In this document: positions 63,301 through 64,000 of the stretch, in pieces
How positions within the stretch are numbered: the stretch's first letter is position 1
How the letters are laid out: every line of letters starts with the position of its first letter
Assembly: GCF_964355755.1 (NCBI RefSeq)
Contig: NC_092676.1
Location: 5,557,888 to 5,621,887, forward strand
Direction: 5' to 3'
Origin: Antedon mediterranea
Lineage: Eukaryota; Animalia; Echinodermata
Length of the DNA stretch: 64,000 bases
Notes under the pieces: generated by a model
Told to the model about the DNA's origin: nothing
Database searches by the model: none
The model's input: only the letters and a program-made list of their open reading frames with translations
Program-made: the position numbers and the translations under genes

Positions 63301-63867
63301 AGTCTATTGGCCTTATGTATTTACCACAAAAGAGTAGCATCTATCAGGGAAGTAAAATACCTCCCTGCATCTACAGTAGGGGACAATTTCCTGTGAAATC
63401 AACACAATGCATACATGTTTTCAAGTTCTCTACACCAAATGTTTCTTGGGCTCCTCATATTTGTACTTGTGGATCCCCAAATTCGAGGCCTACCACTACT
63501 GCTCTTATATATTTACCACAAAAGAGTAGCATTTACCAGGGAGGTATAATACCTCCCTGCATCTACAGTAGAACTCCCTATATGAGACAATTCCCTTTGA
63601 AATCAACCCAATGCATGTTTTCAAGTTAAACCAAGTGTCTTGGGCACTTCTACTTTTCCTTGCGGGTTCGATGTCAGGGCGTGGCTAGTAATGTTGTGTT
63701 TTGGTGTCCTCAAGTGTATATTATACACACCAAATAAACATATCCTTTTTTTCCTAACAGGTCAGCACATCTATCTGACCGCCCGTATTGATGGTGCTCT
63801 TGTTATCCGTCCCTATACACCAGTGACCAGTGATGATGACAAAGGCTACATGGATCTTGTCATTAAG
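57280..63867 (+). CDS. CYB5R3: NADH-cytochrome b5 reductase (CYB5R1/2/3 family), 5' partial
   Basis: join(57280-57303,57992-58138,63219-63291,63761-63867...). N-terminal membrane anchor, [30 protein letters not shown] and the FAD motif RPYTPV. The gene continues beyond the window. The exact paralog assignment is uncertain. Confidence 0.9.
57595..57769. mobile_element. Small hAT-like MITE with 5-bp TSD
   Basis: TIR CAGGGAAAAATTTC / GAAATTATTCCCTG; GGTTG on both flanks. Confidence 0.7.
57992..58138 (+). CDS. CYB5R3: CYB5R exon 2
   Basis: [23 protein letters not shown]...[17 protein letters not shown]. Confidence 0.9.
58193..59447. mobile_element. PIF/Harbinger-like non-autonomous element (1.25 kb)
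   Basis: TAA TSD; ~33-bp TIR GGCCAAATAAAAAAA..TACTTGTTAAGCGTCAC; CpG-rich. Confidence 0.85.
59662..63111. mobile_element. Foldback-type element with ~0.9-1 kb inverted arms
   Basis: TA flanks; CTCTAGTAGCTAGATCAACTTTCG... mirrored at 63111; arms ~59662-60578 and ~62177-63111. Confidence 0.85.
60580..61050 (-). mobile_element. 5'-truncated L2-clade LINE
   Basis: LQNMAARIV...[21 protein letters not shown]...[17 protein letters not shown]...[10 protein letters not shown]; 3' GCGC stem-loop and (TTA/TTAT)n tail. Confidence 0.9.
63219..63291 (+). CDS. CYB5R3: CYB5R exon 3
   Basis: [24 protein letters not shown]. Confidence 0.95.
63317..63655. repeat. ~190-bp imperfect tandem duplication in CYB5R intron 3
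   Basis: TATTTACCACAAAAGAGTAGCAT...CCTCCCTGCATCTACAGTAG occurs twice. Confidence 0.85.
63761..63867 (+). CDS. CYB5R3: CYB5R exon 4
   Basis: [36 protein letters not shown]. Confidence 0.95.
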
Positions 63868-64000
63868 GTGAGAAATAATAATTAATTCAACTAAAATGTC
63901 TGTCTATTTCTTGCAGGGATAAACCGACAATAGCCGTTTCTCCTCGAAGAGCTAGATATAACAAGAATTTTTTCCCATAATTTTTTAATGCCATTGTTCT

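Overview
AT-rich, intron-rich animal genomic DNA. A marine invertebrate, plausibly a deuterostome such as an echinoderm, is inferred from the repeat types but not proven. Three tandem + strand genes were reconstructed by hand from GT-AG splice sites and frame continuity. (1) A complete TBC1D9/TBC1D8-family Rab-GAP: 25 coding exons, 3032-36887, ~1321 aa. (2) A complete fatty acyl-CoA reductase, FAR1-like: 12 coding exons, 40269-53908, ~514 aa. (3) The 5' part of an NADH-cytochrome b5 reductase: 4 exons, 57280-63867, running off the window. The introns are packed with non-autonomous transposons (PIF/Harbinger, Kolobok-like, piggyBac-like, Tc1/mariner, hAT-like with 5- and 6-bp TSDs, a Helitron and a 3.45 kb foldback), SINEs, LINE 3' fragments and minisatellites. 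The best leads are a pair of candidate frame-preserving cassette exons in TBC1D9 whose joint inclusion creates a stop codon, a structured GC-rich element in FAR1 intron 1, a decayed Penelope-type hammerhead, and the foldback element. No database searches were run. Family assignments rest on remembered motifs, and no novel system is demonstrated.
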